Shown: positions 22,111 to 33,067, counted from the stretch's first letter. The stretch: DNA of 64,000 nucleotides from Alphaproteobacteria bacterium (GCA_964291265.2 OZ219747.1:1216001-1280000), one strand, 5' to 3'. The notes: generated by a model from the letters alone, not told the origin. Made by a program: numbers and translations.

Positions 22111-22484
22111 CGGCCGCCCCCCTCATGACAGAGGGCAACTCATAGGCTCACCGGCCTAGTAAGTCAAGACGCGCAGAATCAACAAAGCGACGACACCAAA
22201 ACCGCACCCAACGCAACCAACGTCAACACAGACTCAGACCTGGCGGGGTACCTGGGCAGTTACGTCACGGAGGCTTTCGGGGATGCTGTCGAGGTGGTCA
22301 CGCCATTCGTCCTGCAGGGCGCGCAGTTCGGCCACGGCGTCGTTCCAGCGTTGCGGTCGCGAGCGCCGGTCACGGTGCTTTGGGGTGTGGACGGGAGGGA
22401 TGCCGGCCTTGCGCCGTTCCCGGTATCGCCGCTGCTTTTCGGCGGGCGTGAGGGGCATGAGTGGTCTCCTTGTGACGGACGTGG

Positions 22485-23378
22485 TCATGATCTCGCTTGT
22501 GGTTCTTTGGTCCTGGCGTTGACGACGTCGTTCCAGTCGGCGTTTTCCGGCGGTCTGCGTCTGTGGAACGAGACGTGGGAGGGGAGCTTCATCTTTTTGC
22601 GCAGGGTTTCGGCCTGTCGCTCTCCGGCCTCGTCGTGGTCCTGGGCGAGGACGATGGTCCTGACGTTGGGCAGGCTGCTTGCGGCGAGGCTGATCTGTTC
22701 GTGCTGTCTTCGCGAGGGTGCCCCGGCGGTGGAGAGGAAGGCGTGGCTGGGGGGACATTGGTCGATCTGGGCCAGGCTGAGGGCGTCGACGGCGCTTTCG
22801 GTGATGACGAGGGCCTCGAGGTCCGCGGCGGTTCCGGCGCGGACGGCGAACAGGCTTCGGGTTCCACCGGTGGCGAAGCGTTTCGGTCCGTCGGGGGGAC
22901 CGATCTCGAAGCCGGTGAGCTTTCGCTTCCTGTTGCGATGGGCGAAGAGGACGCGTCCGTTGTGGTCGCGGCGGACCAGGGGGCGGCAGGTGTCGAGGGT
23001 CTCCGGGAGGATGCCGCGCCCGGTGAGCCAGTCCGGGGCCGCATCGGGCGTTGCCGCGGCCCAGAGGCTGCGGAAGTCGCGTGGCGCGGCGTCGGGTGCT
23101 GCGAAGCGGGTGCAGATGTCGGCGAAGGCCAGTCCGCGGTTGAGCATGAAGTCGATGACGGTTCCGTTGTCTTCATCGTTCTGGGTGTTGAAGTAGACCC
23201 AGTGTCCGTTGTTGAGGCACTTCGTGACGAGCTTCGGCAGGCCGGGTGCGCACAGGACGGGGTTGGCGCGTGTCGAGGCCTGTTCGTCGCGGACGTATCC
23301 CCAGTCGGCGGCGATGCGTTCGAACGGCATGCGCTTGACGGCGTCGAAGTCGACGCGGCGGGGTTTATCGGGTTTCAC
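22485..23378 (-). CDS. DUF3991/Toprim primase-like protein (copy 1)
   Basis: DNGTVIDF, WLTGRGI, LTGFEI, RFATGG, LVITESAVDALS, STAG, LAQDHDEAG, DWND. Confidence 0.8.
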   Translation of the reverse strand: MKPDKPRRVDFDAVKRMPFERIAADWGYVRDEQASTRANPVLCAPGLPKLVTKCLNNGHWVYFNTQNDEDNGTVIDFMLNRGLAFADICTRFAAPDAAPRDFRSLWAAATPDAAPDWLTGRGILPETLDTCRPLVRRDHNGRVLFAHRNRKRKLTGFEIGPPDGPKRFATGGTRSLFAVRAGTAADLEALVITESAVDALSLAQIDQCPPSHAFLSTAGAPSRRQHEQISLAASSLPNVRTIVLAQDHDEAGERQAETLRKKMKLPSHVSFHRRRPPENADWNDVVNARTKEPQARS

Positions 23379-24066
23379 GCCTGAGCCGCCAGGAGTCGCT
23401 GTCGATGGAGATGAGGGTTGCGTCGTGCATGAGCCGGTCGACGGTGCCGGCGATGCCGGAGGCGCTGGGGAAGACGCGGTCCCACTGGGCGAAGGCGAGG
23501 CTTGTCGTGACCATGGTCGAGCGGCGCTGATAGCGCCGCGAGACGATGGCGTAGAGGATGTCGGCATGGTGGCTTTCGAGGGTCACGTAGCCGATTTCGT
23601 CGAGGATGAGCAGGCGGGGCCTGGCGAGGATCGCGAGGCGGCGGCGCAGCTCGCTGCGCGAGACGGTCTCGGCGAGTGCCTCGAGCAGTTCCGGCGCCTT
23701 CTCGAAGCGGACGGTGTGGCCGTGCAGCAGGGCCTGGTGCGCCACGTTGGCGGCGATCATGGTCTTTCCGGTGCCCTGCCCGCCGACGAGCACGGCGTTG
23801 TCCGCACGGTCGACGAAGCCGAGGCCGAGGAGCGCTTCGACATGAGCCCGGCTGATGTCGCGCGGCCATGTCCAGTCGAAGTCCGCCAGGGGCTTGAAGG
23901 CGGGCAGCCGCGCCGCGGCGCGGCGGCGCTCGTGGCTGCGGGCCCTGCGGGCCTGTTCCTCGCCGCTGACCACCTCCTCGATCCATGCGGTCCCGGCGAC
24001 CTCGTCCCAGCGTTCGACGAGCCCGTGGAGGCCGAGCGCCCGGGCACGCTCCCTGAGCTCGCTCAT
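23365..24066 (-). CDS. istB: IS21 helper ATPase IstB (copy 1)
   Basis: FKPLADFDW, GGQGTGKT, LLILDEIGY, RRYQRRSTMVTT, VDRLMHDA, SWRLR. Confidence 0.92.
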   Translation of the reverse strand: MSELRERARALGLHGLVERWDEVAGTAWIEEVVSGEEQARRARSHERRRAAARLPAFKPLADFDWTWPRDISRAHVEALLGLGFVDRADNAVLVGGQGTGKTMIAANVAHQALLHGHTVRFEKAPELLEALAETVSRSELRRRLAILARPRLLILDEIGYVTLESHHADILYAIVSRRYQRRSTMVTTSLAFAQWDRVFPSASGIAGTVDRLMHDATLISIDSDSWRLRRETR

Positions 24067-25556
24067 GTCTTGTTCCTGGCGCTGGCTTCGGGCCTGTCGT
24101 AGGCGTCGAGAGCGGTCCCCCGCGGCGTCGTGCCACGGCCGCCGCGGCCGTCGTCGGCGATGCTGAGGGGCGGCAGGCCCTGCTCCCGGCGGCGCTCTTC
24201 GATGATGACGCGCACGGTTTCGGGGTGGCACGAGCCGCGCTCCAGCGCCGTGGCGACAGCCCGGTCGAGAGCGTCGGCGCCGTGCGCGTTGAGAAGCGTC
24301 TCCAGCATCCGGGCGCAGGAGGCCACGTTGCGCCCGTTGGTCCCGGCGCGCGCCAGCATCTCCTCGGCCCGCGGCACGGTGCGCAGGACCCGGTCGCGGA
24401 CGCTCATGGAGCGGGCCCGCCGCTTGCCCGCGGCGATCGCCCTGGCATGCTCCGGATCGGTGACGGCCTGCTTCCTGTCGTAGGAGCGTCGGTGGCGCGC
24501 GACCTCGTCGGCGCCGTCGAGGATGCGAACCTCGTCGCGGTCGGCGACCAGCGTCAGCAGGGCCTTGGAGAAGCTACCCGGAACGCTGTAGTCGTTGGTG
24601 TCGAAGCGGGCGTGGCAGGTCTTGTCGATGCGCACCGGGCGGACCTCGTGATGCGGGAAGGGATCGGCGGGAAGGACGATCAGGTGCTCCCTCTCCCGGG
24701 CGAAGGCGTCCCGCACCAGGAGACTGTCGTCGTCCGGCCAGGGCCGCTCCGCGGCGGCGCCGAAGCACCACTCCCGAACCGCGGCGTTGAGCTCGCCGAG
24801 CGGGACCGTGATGTCGCGCCCGGCGAAGAACCCGGTGCGCGCGAAGCGCACACGGCGTTCCACGCGGCCCTTCTCCTGCGGGCTCCTGGGCCAGGCGGCG
24901 CTCGGTTCGAAGGCATAGTGGGCCGCGAGGCCGAGCAGCATCGGATGATAGGTGACCGCCTTGCCGCGGCGCGTCACCACGGCACTCTTCAGGTTGTCGT
25001 ACAGAAGCCTCCGCGGCACACCCCCGAATGCCGCGAAAGCCTCGACATGGCCTTGCAGGAAGCTGGCCATCCGCGCGTCGTGGAACAGGCTCAGGACAGT
25101 CTGGCGCGAGTAGCTGAGGGTGACGAGAAGCCCCATGAGCCTGCGCTCCGCCCGGCCAATGCGGACCTTCCCGAACTCGGCCCAGTCAACCTGCGCCTGC
25201 TCGCCCGGAAGGAAGCTCAGCCGCAGCGACGGCTCGGGCCTCTTCACCGGCCTCAGCCCGAGGCGGCGCAGGTCGTGACGGAAGTGATCCTCGCCGCCGC
25301 GGTAGCCCAGGGCCACGACCTGTCGCCAGAGCGTGCTGGCCGGAAGGTCCGGCGACGCCTCAAGACGCTCCCCGAGGAAGGCAACGAAGGGGTCGATGAG
25401 CTTGGCCCGCGGCCGCCGCTCCTGCCCCGACGCCTTGAGCGCCCGCGTCACCGTGCCGTGGTGCACGCCGAGATGCCGGGCAATCGTCCCCACAGCCCAG
25501 CCCTCGGCCCGCGACAGCCGCACGATCGTCGCCCGCGTGTCCTCGTCGATCGCCAT
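24063..25556 (-). CDS. istA: IS21 transposase IstA (copy 1)
   Basis: N-terminal HTH; PGEQAQVDW, LSYSR, FGGVPRRLLYDNLKS, QEKGRVER, RFDTNDYSVP. Confidence 0.93.
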   Translation of the reverse strand: MAIDEDTRATIVRLSRAEGWAVGTIARHLGVHHGTVTRALKASGQERRPRAKLIDPFVAFLGERLEASPDLPASTLWRQVVALGYRGGEDHFRHDLRRLGLRPVKRPEPSLRLSFLPGEQAQVDWAEFGKVRIGRAERRLMGLLVTLSYSRQTVLSLFHDARMASFLQGHVEAFAAFGGVPRRLLYDNLKSAVVTRRGKAVTYHPMLLGLAAHYAFEPSAAWPRSPQEKGRVERRVRFARTGFFAGRDITVPLGELNAAVREWCFGAAAERPWPDDDSLLVRDAFAREREHLIVLPADPFPHHEVRPVRIDKTCHARFDTNDYSVPGSFSKALLTLVADRDEVRILDGADEVARHRRSYDRKQAVTDPEHARAIAAGKRRARSMSVRDRVLRTVPRAEEMLARAGTNGRNVASCARMLETLLNAHGADALDRAVATALERGSCHPETVRVIIEERRREQGLPPLSIADDGRGGRGTTPRGTALDAYDRPEASARNKT

Positions 25557-25588
25557 GAACTCCCTCCCTTTGGTTCCTCAACGCCGCA

Positions 25589-26065
25589 TCACAGGTCCCT
25601 CAGCACCACATGCGTCACGACCCGTCCGCACCGGGCGCACCGAAGCGGCGATTCGCGCCGCTCTCGCGCCTTCACAACCGCAGGTAGGGAGGTCGGCAGC
25701 AGTCGGGAAGGGTGGTCCGTAACGATTTCTTCAGAACCGGCGTCTCCAGACACCGCCGGAACGTCGCCAAGCAGCACCACAGCAGACGTCTGCGTGTCCA
25801 TGATCTCGGCAACCATCGCCGCCCTGGCCTTCAACGCACGCGCCTCCTCCGCCTTGCGGAGCCGGTAACGCCGCTGGCGGTGACGGCCCGTCTCACGGCC
25901 CTTCAGCGTGCTCTGGTAGCGACGACGCGACGCGCGGCGCCGCTCGATCCGGGACCGCTCCCTGCACTCCTTGGAGCAATACACATGCCCCCGGTCACAC
26001 GACCGGCAGAGAACAACCTGCCGCTGACACCGCCTGCAGTTGAACAGTCGTCCTGTCGTGCACAC
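25589..26065 (-). CDS. Cys-rich zinc-ribbon / Arg-rich protein upstream of istA (copy 1)
   Basis: CRRC...CRSC...YCSKEC, Arg-rich helix, C-terminal CARCG; start (GTG 26065) uncertain. Confidence 0.7.
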   Translation of the reverse strand: MCTTGRLFNCRRCQRQVVLCRSCDRGHVYCSKECRERSRIERRRASRRRYQSTLKGRETGRHRQRRYRLRKAEEARALKARAAMVAEIMDTQTSAVVLLGDVPAVSGDAGSEEIVTDHPSRLLPTSLPAVVKARERRESPLRCARCGRVVTHVVLRDL

Positions 26066-27488
26066 CGTCCGTCTCGAGAGCGGGGGTGGACCCGGACGCA
26101 AAATGGCTCGACAATACACGGGAGTTCGGTCCCCCGTGACCGGCTCGTCCGGGTGCTGCGCCGGGGGGCGTCACAACTCCGCCCGGCATCGCATCGCTCT
26201 TTCTCTTGATGCCGATCTAGCATCCACCCGGGGCGGCGGCAAAGACGCCGCCCCGGGACCGGACAACGCGACCCGCCCACAGGGAAGACAAACAATCCCG
26301 CGAGTGCCTCGGAACCGGAACCCTCCCGGCAACCGTCACCAAGACCGAAGCAGAGGTCGACGGAACCCGAACCGGACCAAAACGACAATAGGAAAAGACG
26401 GCGGCGCTCGGGGAGACAACCAGCCGAACACTCAAACCACGACAACAGGACGTGACAATAGGACCTGACAACAGGGAAGAAACACGACCCTGACAAAGCG
26501 CGGCAAATCGCCGAAATCCCGCCGTTCTATGCAGCCATCAACATTTCAACCATGCATCGCAATTCGATGGCGGATCGGCACAGGCCCGGTCCAAGCTACT
26601 TCTCGCGTTCCGGAAGGAAACCCAATGGTCTCGTCAACTCATGGTGTTGGTGGGAATTCCGGGGCGTGTTGCCGTGTGACGGCCCGATCGGCATCAATGC
26701 CAGACGTCCGCGTCAGCGGTCGGCATGTGGGAGACATGCAGGTGGCGCACCTTGATCGCATGAAGTCGTGGCCCTGAGCCTACGGATGACGTCATCAATC
26801 TGCTCCTGACACTCTGCTAGACAGAGCTCTGGACGCCGGCCAGGCCCCTCGCCGATTCCTGCATCGCCCTGGTGTCTCTGGCCGCCGTTCATCGCCGGGA
26901 TGACAACTGTTTCGGTCTGTCGGCGCGGGATTTCCGCCGCATTGCGACGAATGACCGGGATGTCATCCGGAGTCACCATTCCGGCGACCATGACCGCACC
27001 GGTCTCCAACAGGGTCTCAACCTGATCCTGTCCTTTGATCGTCCTAGCGAACTGGTCATACAAGGCCGGTGAACCCGGATCCATCGGGCCAACTCGCTGT
27101 TCATTCTTGGGCGGATCGCCGCCCGACGAGATGGAACGGGCCAGTCAACTGGGCGAAGTCCGTCAGGGCCACGTTGCTGCGGTCGCATTCCAGCGTTCCC
27201 GCGCCCGCAGCCATGGCATGCATGTTGCCGACACAGGCGTGACGGACCGTCACGCCATGGCTGGCGGGTGGCGCGATGATCTCGATCCGGAAATGCCTGA
27301 AGCCTGTTGTCAAGGCAGCGGGACGCGCCATCGCGCTCTTCGTGGTCGATGACAGGATCCATGCCACGGATTGCTGCCGTTCCCACATGCCTGTCAGGTC
27401 AGGGCTCTTCTTTTGTCCGGTTTCGTCCGATGAAGGGGCGTTGTAGGTAGATCTGGAGGTCCATTCGGGACAGGATTTCGTTGTCGAT

Positions 27489-27755
27489 ATGCCGGTTCCG
27501 ACATCGAGAAGGTGCCACCCACTTCAAGAACGGCCTCTGACCCGGTTATCCACCGCCGATCGCGACAACAGAATTGTCCTGCCTGTCAGGTTGACAGTTG
27601 GGCATGTCGAAGGAGACATCGTCGAATGCCCGCTTCATCAGTCACGCTTTTACATCCCCACCGGCCGTGTGCTCAGTTCACCCGCCACCTGGGGCATTCG
27701 TACCTTCGAGACAAGGGTTGATGCGGGAGGAATCCCGGTTCGTGTGCCAACCTAA
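27489..27755 (+). pseudogene. Rieske [2Fe-2S] ferredoxin remnant
   Basis: GHVEGDIVECPLHQSRFYIPTGRVLSSPA; the first CxH ligand pair is missing. Confidence 0.7.
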
Positions 27756-27997
27756 CGCCGCGTGTGAATGACCTCACTGGCCGTGGCCTCCCCCAGCAAT
27801 CGAACCACTGTGTCGCCGCCGCTCACCCCGGGTGATCGGAAAGGGTGCGCAGCGCTTTCTACAAGTCCGCAGGCGCCGCGCCAGAGGCCGGTCTCGACGG
27901 TGCCTCGCGTGCACGCCTCATTCGGAACAGCAAATCGCCGTCTGTCCTGTCGGATGATTCTGATATGGTTGCCAACGTCAGGCAGGAGGAGTGAACC

Positions 27998-28951
27998 ATG
28001 ATTCTCGATGACAAGCTGCGCTCGGGCGATCCGATCGTTCTCGATGGGGCCACGGGCACGGAAATTGCCCGGCTGGGAGGCGCCATGAACAGTGCCGCCT
28101 GGTGCGGCGCCGCCAACAAGACCCACCCCGACATCGTCAGAGGGGTTCACGAGGCCTACATCGAGGCGGGATGCGACGTGGTGATCACCAACACCTTCGG
28201 TACCTGCCGTCATGTGCTCGCCGGGGCGGGACTGGCAGACGAGACCGTCGCCATCAACCGGCGGGCTGTCGAACTGGCGCGTGAAGCCGTCGAGTCCGTG
28301 GGACCATCGAAGCCTGTTGCCGTGGCCGGATCCATGTCGACCATGTATGCTTGGAAGGAGGGTACCGTCCATGCGGATCCCGCCTATCTGCCGGACCGGG
28401 AGACGGAAGCCGGCAACTTCGTCGAGATGGCCGAGACACTCGCCGCCGCCGGCGTGGATGTCCTTGTCCTGGAAATGATGCTGGATACCCACAGTGCGGG
28501 CCGTTGCGTCGAGGCTGCCGTCGCCACGGGGCTGCCGGTCTGGGTGGGGATCAGTTGCATCGACGATGATGACGGCAACCTTGTGGGCTGGGACGACATC
28601 CAGTCCAGAGAGAAGGCGAGGCCGCCGGGCCTCGCAGAGATCATCGACGCCCTCATGGACAAGGGCGGCGATGTCTACGGGATCATGCATTCCACGGCGG
28701 ATGTCACCGGTCCTGCACTCGAGTGCCTGGCCCGCCGCTGGCAGGGACCGGTCATGGCCTATCCGGAAACCCTCCAGACCTTTGACCGGCGAACGCATCG
28801 CACCACTGAATCCCTGACGCCGGACGAGTTTGCCCGGTCCTGTCTGGCGTGGCTCGACAGCGGTGTCAGCATCATAGGCGGCTGTTGTGGCACCACGATC
28901 GATCACATCCGTGCGCTGGTCCGCCATATGAAGGCCAGGGCCTCAGGATAG
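27998..28951 (+). CDS. Homocysteine S-methyltransferase family protein
   Basis: LDGATGTEI, HEAYIEAGCDVVITNTF, VAGSM, IIGGCCGT. Confidence 0.9.
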   Translation: MILDDKLRSGDPIVLDGATGTEIARLGGAMNSAAWCGAANKTHPDIVRGVHEAYIEAGCDVVITNTFGTCRHVLAGAGLADETVAINRRAVELAREAVESVGPSKPVAVAGSMSTMYAWKEGTVHADPAYLPDRETEAGNFVEMAETLAAAGVDVLVLEMMLDTHSAGRCVEAAVATGLPVWVGISCIDDDDGNLVGWDDIQSREKARPPGLAEIIDALMDKGGDVYGIMHSTADVTGPALECLARRWQGPVMAYPETLQTFDRRTHRTTESLTPDEFARSCLAWLDSGVSIIGGCCGTTIDHIRALVRHMKARASG

Positions 28952-29437
28952 ACTTGCCGGGTCTGATGCACCGCTGCCGTCCGATCCACTTCGTCGGACC
29001 ATCACAGGGCAATGGACAGTCGTTCTGATGAGTTCCTGGCTCCGGCCCTCGCTCACGGCACCAACCGGTTGATCCTCGAACGTCTTCCGGCCCTTGGCGT
29101 GAACCAGGCGTGGCTGGTCGCGGGATGTCTCTTCGGCCCAGTCTGGAACGGACCAGCGGTCGGGGGCCGGCATTCGCGACTACGACATCTTCTACCGGGA
29201 TCCCGACACGTCCCGGAAAGCCGAGGATGCCGCGATTCGACGAGCCGACGACCTCCTTGCCGATCCCTGCATCGTGCACCAGGTACGCAACCAAGCCCGC
29301 GTTCCCCTCCGGTTCGGGCAGCGTTTCGGCCAGCCCTGGCCCGGAGTGCCGATAGCATCGGCCGGTTCGTCGCTTGTTGCACCTGCGTCGGAATGCGCCC
29401 GCGGGATGACGAGGACGTCGACTTCCACGCCCCCGGG

Positions 29438-31855
29438 CTGCCCATTGCCCACAAATTCCGTCTGGCTAGCTGATGTGTTGCCGCACGGCGCTGTCGTCCC
29501 CGGCATCGACACTGTGACCAAGCATCCACGCCGTGAACGACAGCGCAGCCTGACCGTTCCAGGTGATCTCCGCGCCGGGCGGGCCGTCCTTGCTGCGGTT
29601 CAGGTATCCGCCCATCGTCGCCACGAGGCGGAATGCCGCTGAGAGATCCTCGGGCGGCGGCAGCTTGCGGACATGCGCGAAGTCTTTCAGCAGTGCCAGT
29701 TCGATGTCGGTGAATGCGGTCCTTGCCGGAAGCTCCGGTTCCGTTCGCGCCAGGTGGGTGAGAGCGGCGATGCGCCAGGCAATCACCGCGTTGATGGCCA
29801 CGGCCCGTTCGATGCGTCCCCCGGTACGATGCGCGATCGTCTCCACCTTGCAGCCCGACTTGAGGATCCTGTGCCAGTCCTCGATCCGCCACCTCAACCC
29901 GTAGAGCCGCACCACCTCGCGGGCCTGGTGCAGGCTCGTGACAGGCAGGGTCGTGAGCAGGGTCCACGACACCGGTTGTGACCCGTCGTCGGGCCTGTCC
30001 ACCTCCCCGGCATGGATCGCGGTCAGCACCACCGGCTCCGCTCCGAAGCGCGCCCTTGTGTGCGCAGGCGGCGGGATCTCGAGTGTCAGCCAGCGCAGGC
30101 TCACCTGCGCCTGGCGCCTCGCTCGCCCGACGGAGGCCTTCTGCGCCCCTGTCGAACGTCGCTCCGACAATCGCTCCACCGTGAGGGAGAACTGTCCGCC
30201 TTCCGGCGCCGTGCGCACACGCTCGAACAGCTTGGGCCGGCCGCGGCCGAAGCTGCGGTCATGGCGCGCCCGCACCAGCAGCGCCAGACGGCGGCAGCCC
30301 GCCGCACGGTGTTCGTGGAGCACATCGAACGCGTCCCCTTCGCGGTCCATCACCGCCACGGCCTTCACCCCGTCCAGTTCCTTCGTCGCCGCGATGCTGT
30401 GGCGAAGGCCGCGCAGCCACCGCCCGGTCTTGCGCTCCTCCACCGGACGATCCCGGTCGTCCCCGCCGTCCGGGGCGTCGAACTCAAGGTTGACAACGCC
30501 GAGGGGAACCCCGTCGCCGCTCACGGCAAAGGTCGTGTGCAGGTGCAGGCCCGACGTCCCCGAAGACCCCGTGTTGCAGCCGATCATCCCCAGGCCTTCG
30601 CAACCCTGGCGGGTCGCGAAGTTGAGGTCCGTGCCGTCCTGCACCAGAAGCGACAGCGCCTGGCCCTGCATCCGCCGCAGGGTCCGTTCGCGATGCCCCC
30701 CGATGATGGTGGACGCACAGACCGCGTCGTAGTCCGGATGCTCGATCATCCTGTCGTATCCCTTCACCGTCGCTCCGCAGCCAGCCGCCGCAGCGAAGAA
30801 TGTCTTCGTCGGTGACCGGGCCTGAACCTCGGCACTGCGCACAAGCCGCTGCGTCAGGCGGGCGTCTCCTGAGGGCGCGGCGCCGAATTCGTTCTCTGCC
30901 CAAGCCGCGCTGTCAAGGCCGTCCCCGGGCGCCAGGACGCGCCGCGCCTCCAGGCAGGTGTCCCAGTCCGAGGCCAGAGGCAGCAGAAGGATGCGCTTCG
31001 CCGGTTCCGCCACGCCGTCACGAAGCCGGCGCCCGGTGGTCTCACCGACACAGCGCCAGCCGGCCGCCAGGAAGCAACTGCCCCGATACTCCGGCGCGAC
31101 AAAGGTCAAGGGCCAGAACCGGACGGATGCCATAGGCCGCCGCAAAGTCACCACCTAAGCGCCGGGCCGCCATGCCCAGGACCCGCGACGCAAGATAACG
31201 TACACAGACGGATGGACGGATCAGGAATCGCGCCAGACCGATCACCTCGTCGAGATGCCGCTCGCGGCTCGCATCGTCCCAACCAAGCCAGGCATCCCGC
31301 GCCGCCAGGACCCGCGTCGCCGGAGCAAACAGGAACCCGCCGAGCCAGCCATGCGACGATCCGATCAGGTAGCGCAGCTGACGGCCGACGTGAAGACGGG
31401 CGCTGCGCGAATGCTCCGACGCCATCAGCTCGTTGAAGATCAGCCGAAGCTCCGATCCCTCGACCCGGACAAGCTCAAGGCTCTCGACCGCACCGGCGCT
31501 CGCCGGAAGACCCACAGGCTCGGCAACCGCCACCTCCCTGCGAGCCACGGCACCCCGGCCGCCGCCACGGCGGGGCGAAGGAAGAACGATCCTGCCCGCC
31601 CGCTCAAGACGGCGAAGGGCAACAAAGGCAACTCGTGACCTGCGGTCGCCCGCGAAAGTCAACAAAGCCGAAAGCGTCGCATACCCTGCGGCCGATCTCG
31701 GCACGTGAGACCTCCGGCTGCGCCAGAATCCGCGACAACTTCGCCATGCCTTGTGGCGAGGAAAGCGCGCTGGGAATCGAAACAGGGTCGTCCATGCGCC
31801 CGACCATAGCGCGAAGGAATCAGCGAGTCGAGCGCGAAATGTGTCAGATGGGCAG
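29438..31855 (-). mobile_element. IS4-family (IS50/Tn5-like) element
   Basis: Ends ctgcccattgcccaca / tgtgtcagatgggcag; direct repeat cccccggg at 29430-29437 and 31856-31863. Confidence 0.88.
29466..31795 (-). pseudogene. DUF4338(DruA-like)-IS4 transposase fusion with 2 frameshifts
   Basis: GRQLRYLIGS, ARDAWLGW, RFLIRP, LASRVL (DUF4338-like); WAENEFG, GDARL, VQDGTDLNF, VMDREGD, YGLRWRIEDWHRILKSGC, GGYLNR (Tn5-like). Frames change near 31630 and 31110. Confidence 0.85.
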
Positions 31856-32045
31856 CCCCCGGGAGACTCCACGATGTCTTCTCCGGAATCATGCGCCCCG
31901 ACCCGGACAACCCCACTCTCCATCCCTTGCGCACGAAGTGCCAGAGCTACATGGCACGCCGGCCATGGCTGACCATGGTCGACGAGAACCTCGCCAGGTG
32001 AGTCGTCCGTTCGGACTGAAGGGTTGCTCTTCAAGGGTGGCCGGA

Positions 32046-33005
32046 TCAGTCCTTCATGGATGCCGGACCGAGGGGATGTTCGCGGTGGGGGTAGGGGTGG
32101 TGATGCCCGCCGTGGTGGTGATGGTGGCCGGTGCCGATCCCCTCGACATGGTGGTGGTGACTTTCCTGGCGCAGGCCGACCTCGTCCTCGAAGCCGAGGA
32201 CCTGCTCGCGGTACTTGCAGGCCTGGCAGTTCATGTTGCCGGTTCCGTTCAGGATCTCGTCCACCCTGGCGACGAAGGTCTCGACCACCAGGGGATGATC
32301 GTTGAGATAGCCGGCCTGGACAATGGAGGTGTCGGGATGGCGGACCGCGGCACTGGCCGCCGCATCGTAGATGCGCCTGACAAGAACCCCGGTGAAGAGA
32401 AAGTAGGGGAAGACGATGATGCGCCGGAAACCCAGTCTGACGACATGATCAAGCGCCGGTGCGACCAGCGGAAACGTGACACCCGAATAGGCTGTCTCCC
32501 CCCAGCCCAGACCGAGCCCTTCGGTCAGCAGACGGGTGACCCTGGCGACGTTGGCATTGGCATCGGGGTCCGATGTGCCACGTCCGACCACCATCAGCAG
32601 GGTGTCGCTGGCGGCGACAGGACCGTGTGTCGCATCCGCTTTCCTGATGGCCTCCGTTACCCTCTCGCTGGCGGCCTTGATCATCCTCATGTCGTGACCG
32701 AGATCACGGCCGTAGCGCACCTGGACTCCGGTATCGCGGGACCACGTGTTGAGGACCCCCGGGATGTCGTTCTTGACATGGCCGGCGGCAAACAGCATTC
32801 CGGGCACAGCAAGGATATCGTGTGCACCGCCTTTGCGAAGGCGGTCGAGACCCTCGCGTATGACCGGGGTTGCGAATTCGAGAAAGCCGTGGGCGACCGG
32901 CCAGTTGAACCTGGGTGCAAGCGTGCGGGCGAGGGCCGTGAACTCGGCGATGGCCGCTCCGTCGCGGCTACCGTGACCGCACAACATGACGGCAGTGTGA
33001 CTCAT
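32046..33005 (-). CDS. cbiX: Sirohydrochlorin chelatase CbiX (His-rich C-terminus)
   Basis: CGHGSRD, GFLEFATP, AGHVKNDIP, GRGTSDPDAN, PYFLFTG, MNCQACKYR, His-rich tail. Confidence 0.92.
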   Translation of the reverse strand: MSHTAVMLCGHGSRDGAAIAEFTALARTLAPRFNWPVAHGFLEFATPVIREGLDRLRKGGAHDILAVPGMLFAAGHVKNDIPGVLNTWSRDTGVQVRYGRDLGHDMRMIKAASERVTEAIRKADATHGPVAASDTLLMVVGRGTSDPDANANVARVTRLLTEGLGLGWGETAYSGVTFPLVAPALDHVVRLGFRRIIVFPYFLFTGVLVRRIYDAAASAAVRHPDTSIVQAGYLNDHPLVVETFVARVDEILNGTGNMNCQACKYREQVLGFEDEVGLRQESHHHHVEGIGTGHHHHHGGHHHPYPHREHPLGPASMKD

Positions 33006-33067
33006 ATCCTGCATCCCTTGCCGGCTGGACTATCATGGGAGCGTGCCATCCACCGCCGCGAGCCTTC

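Larger units (their letters stand above)
19822..22263 (-). mobile_element. IS66-family (single-transposase ISBst12-like) element with passenger methyltransferase
   Basis: Ends gtaactgcccaggt / acctgggcagttac (GTAA...TTAC); 8-bp TSD gtcacgga at 19814-19821 and 22264-22271. Confidence 0.93.
19718..22458 (-). pseudogene. Small ORF (orfE) of element copy 1, split by IS66
   Basis: N-part MPLTPAEKQRR...SIPESLRD at 22458-22264 and C-part TPYGERLQ...GYGRDT* at 19821-19718; intact in copy 2. Confidence 0.85.
19120..26543 (-). mobile_element. IS21-family element with accessory genes, copy 1 (contains a nested IS66)
   Basis: TG...CA ends sharing the core TAGAACGGCGGGAT; 7-bp direct repeat tttcaac at 19113-19119 and 26544-26550; istA/istB inside; near-identical inverted copy at 41695-47020. 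Confidence 0.93.
29012..32001 (+). pseudogene. Nucleotidyltransferase (NTP_transf_6/DUF925) pseudogene, frameshifted and split by IS4
   Basis: AWLVAGCLFGPVWN / GIRDYDIFY...VRNQARV / FHAPG (29012-29437), resuming RLHDVFSGIMRP...KCQSYMARRPWLT after 31863. Confidence 0.8.

Noticed and set aside
26713-27388. Possible GntR/FCD regulator remnant (ETLLETGAVMVAGMVTPDDI)
   Set aside because: Similarity too weak and fragmented to support without a profile search
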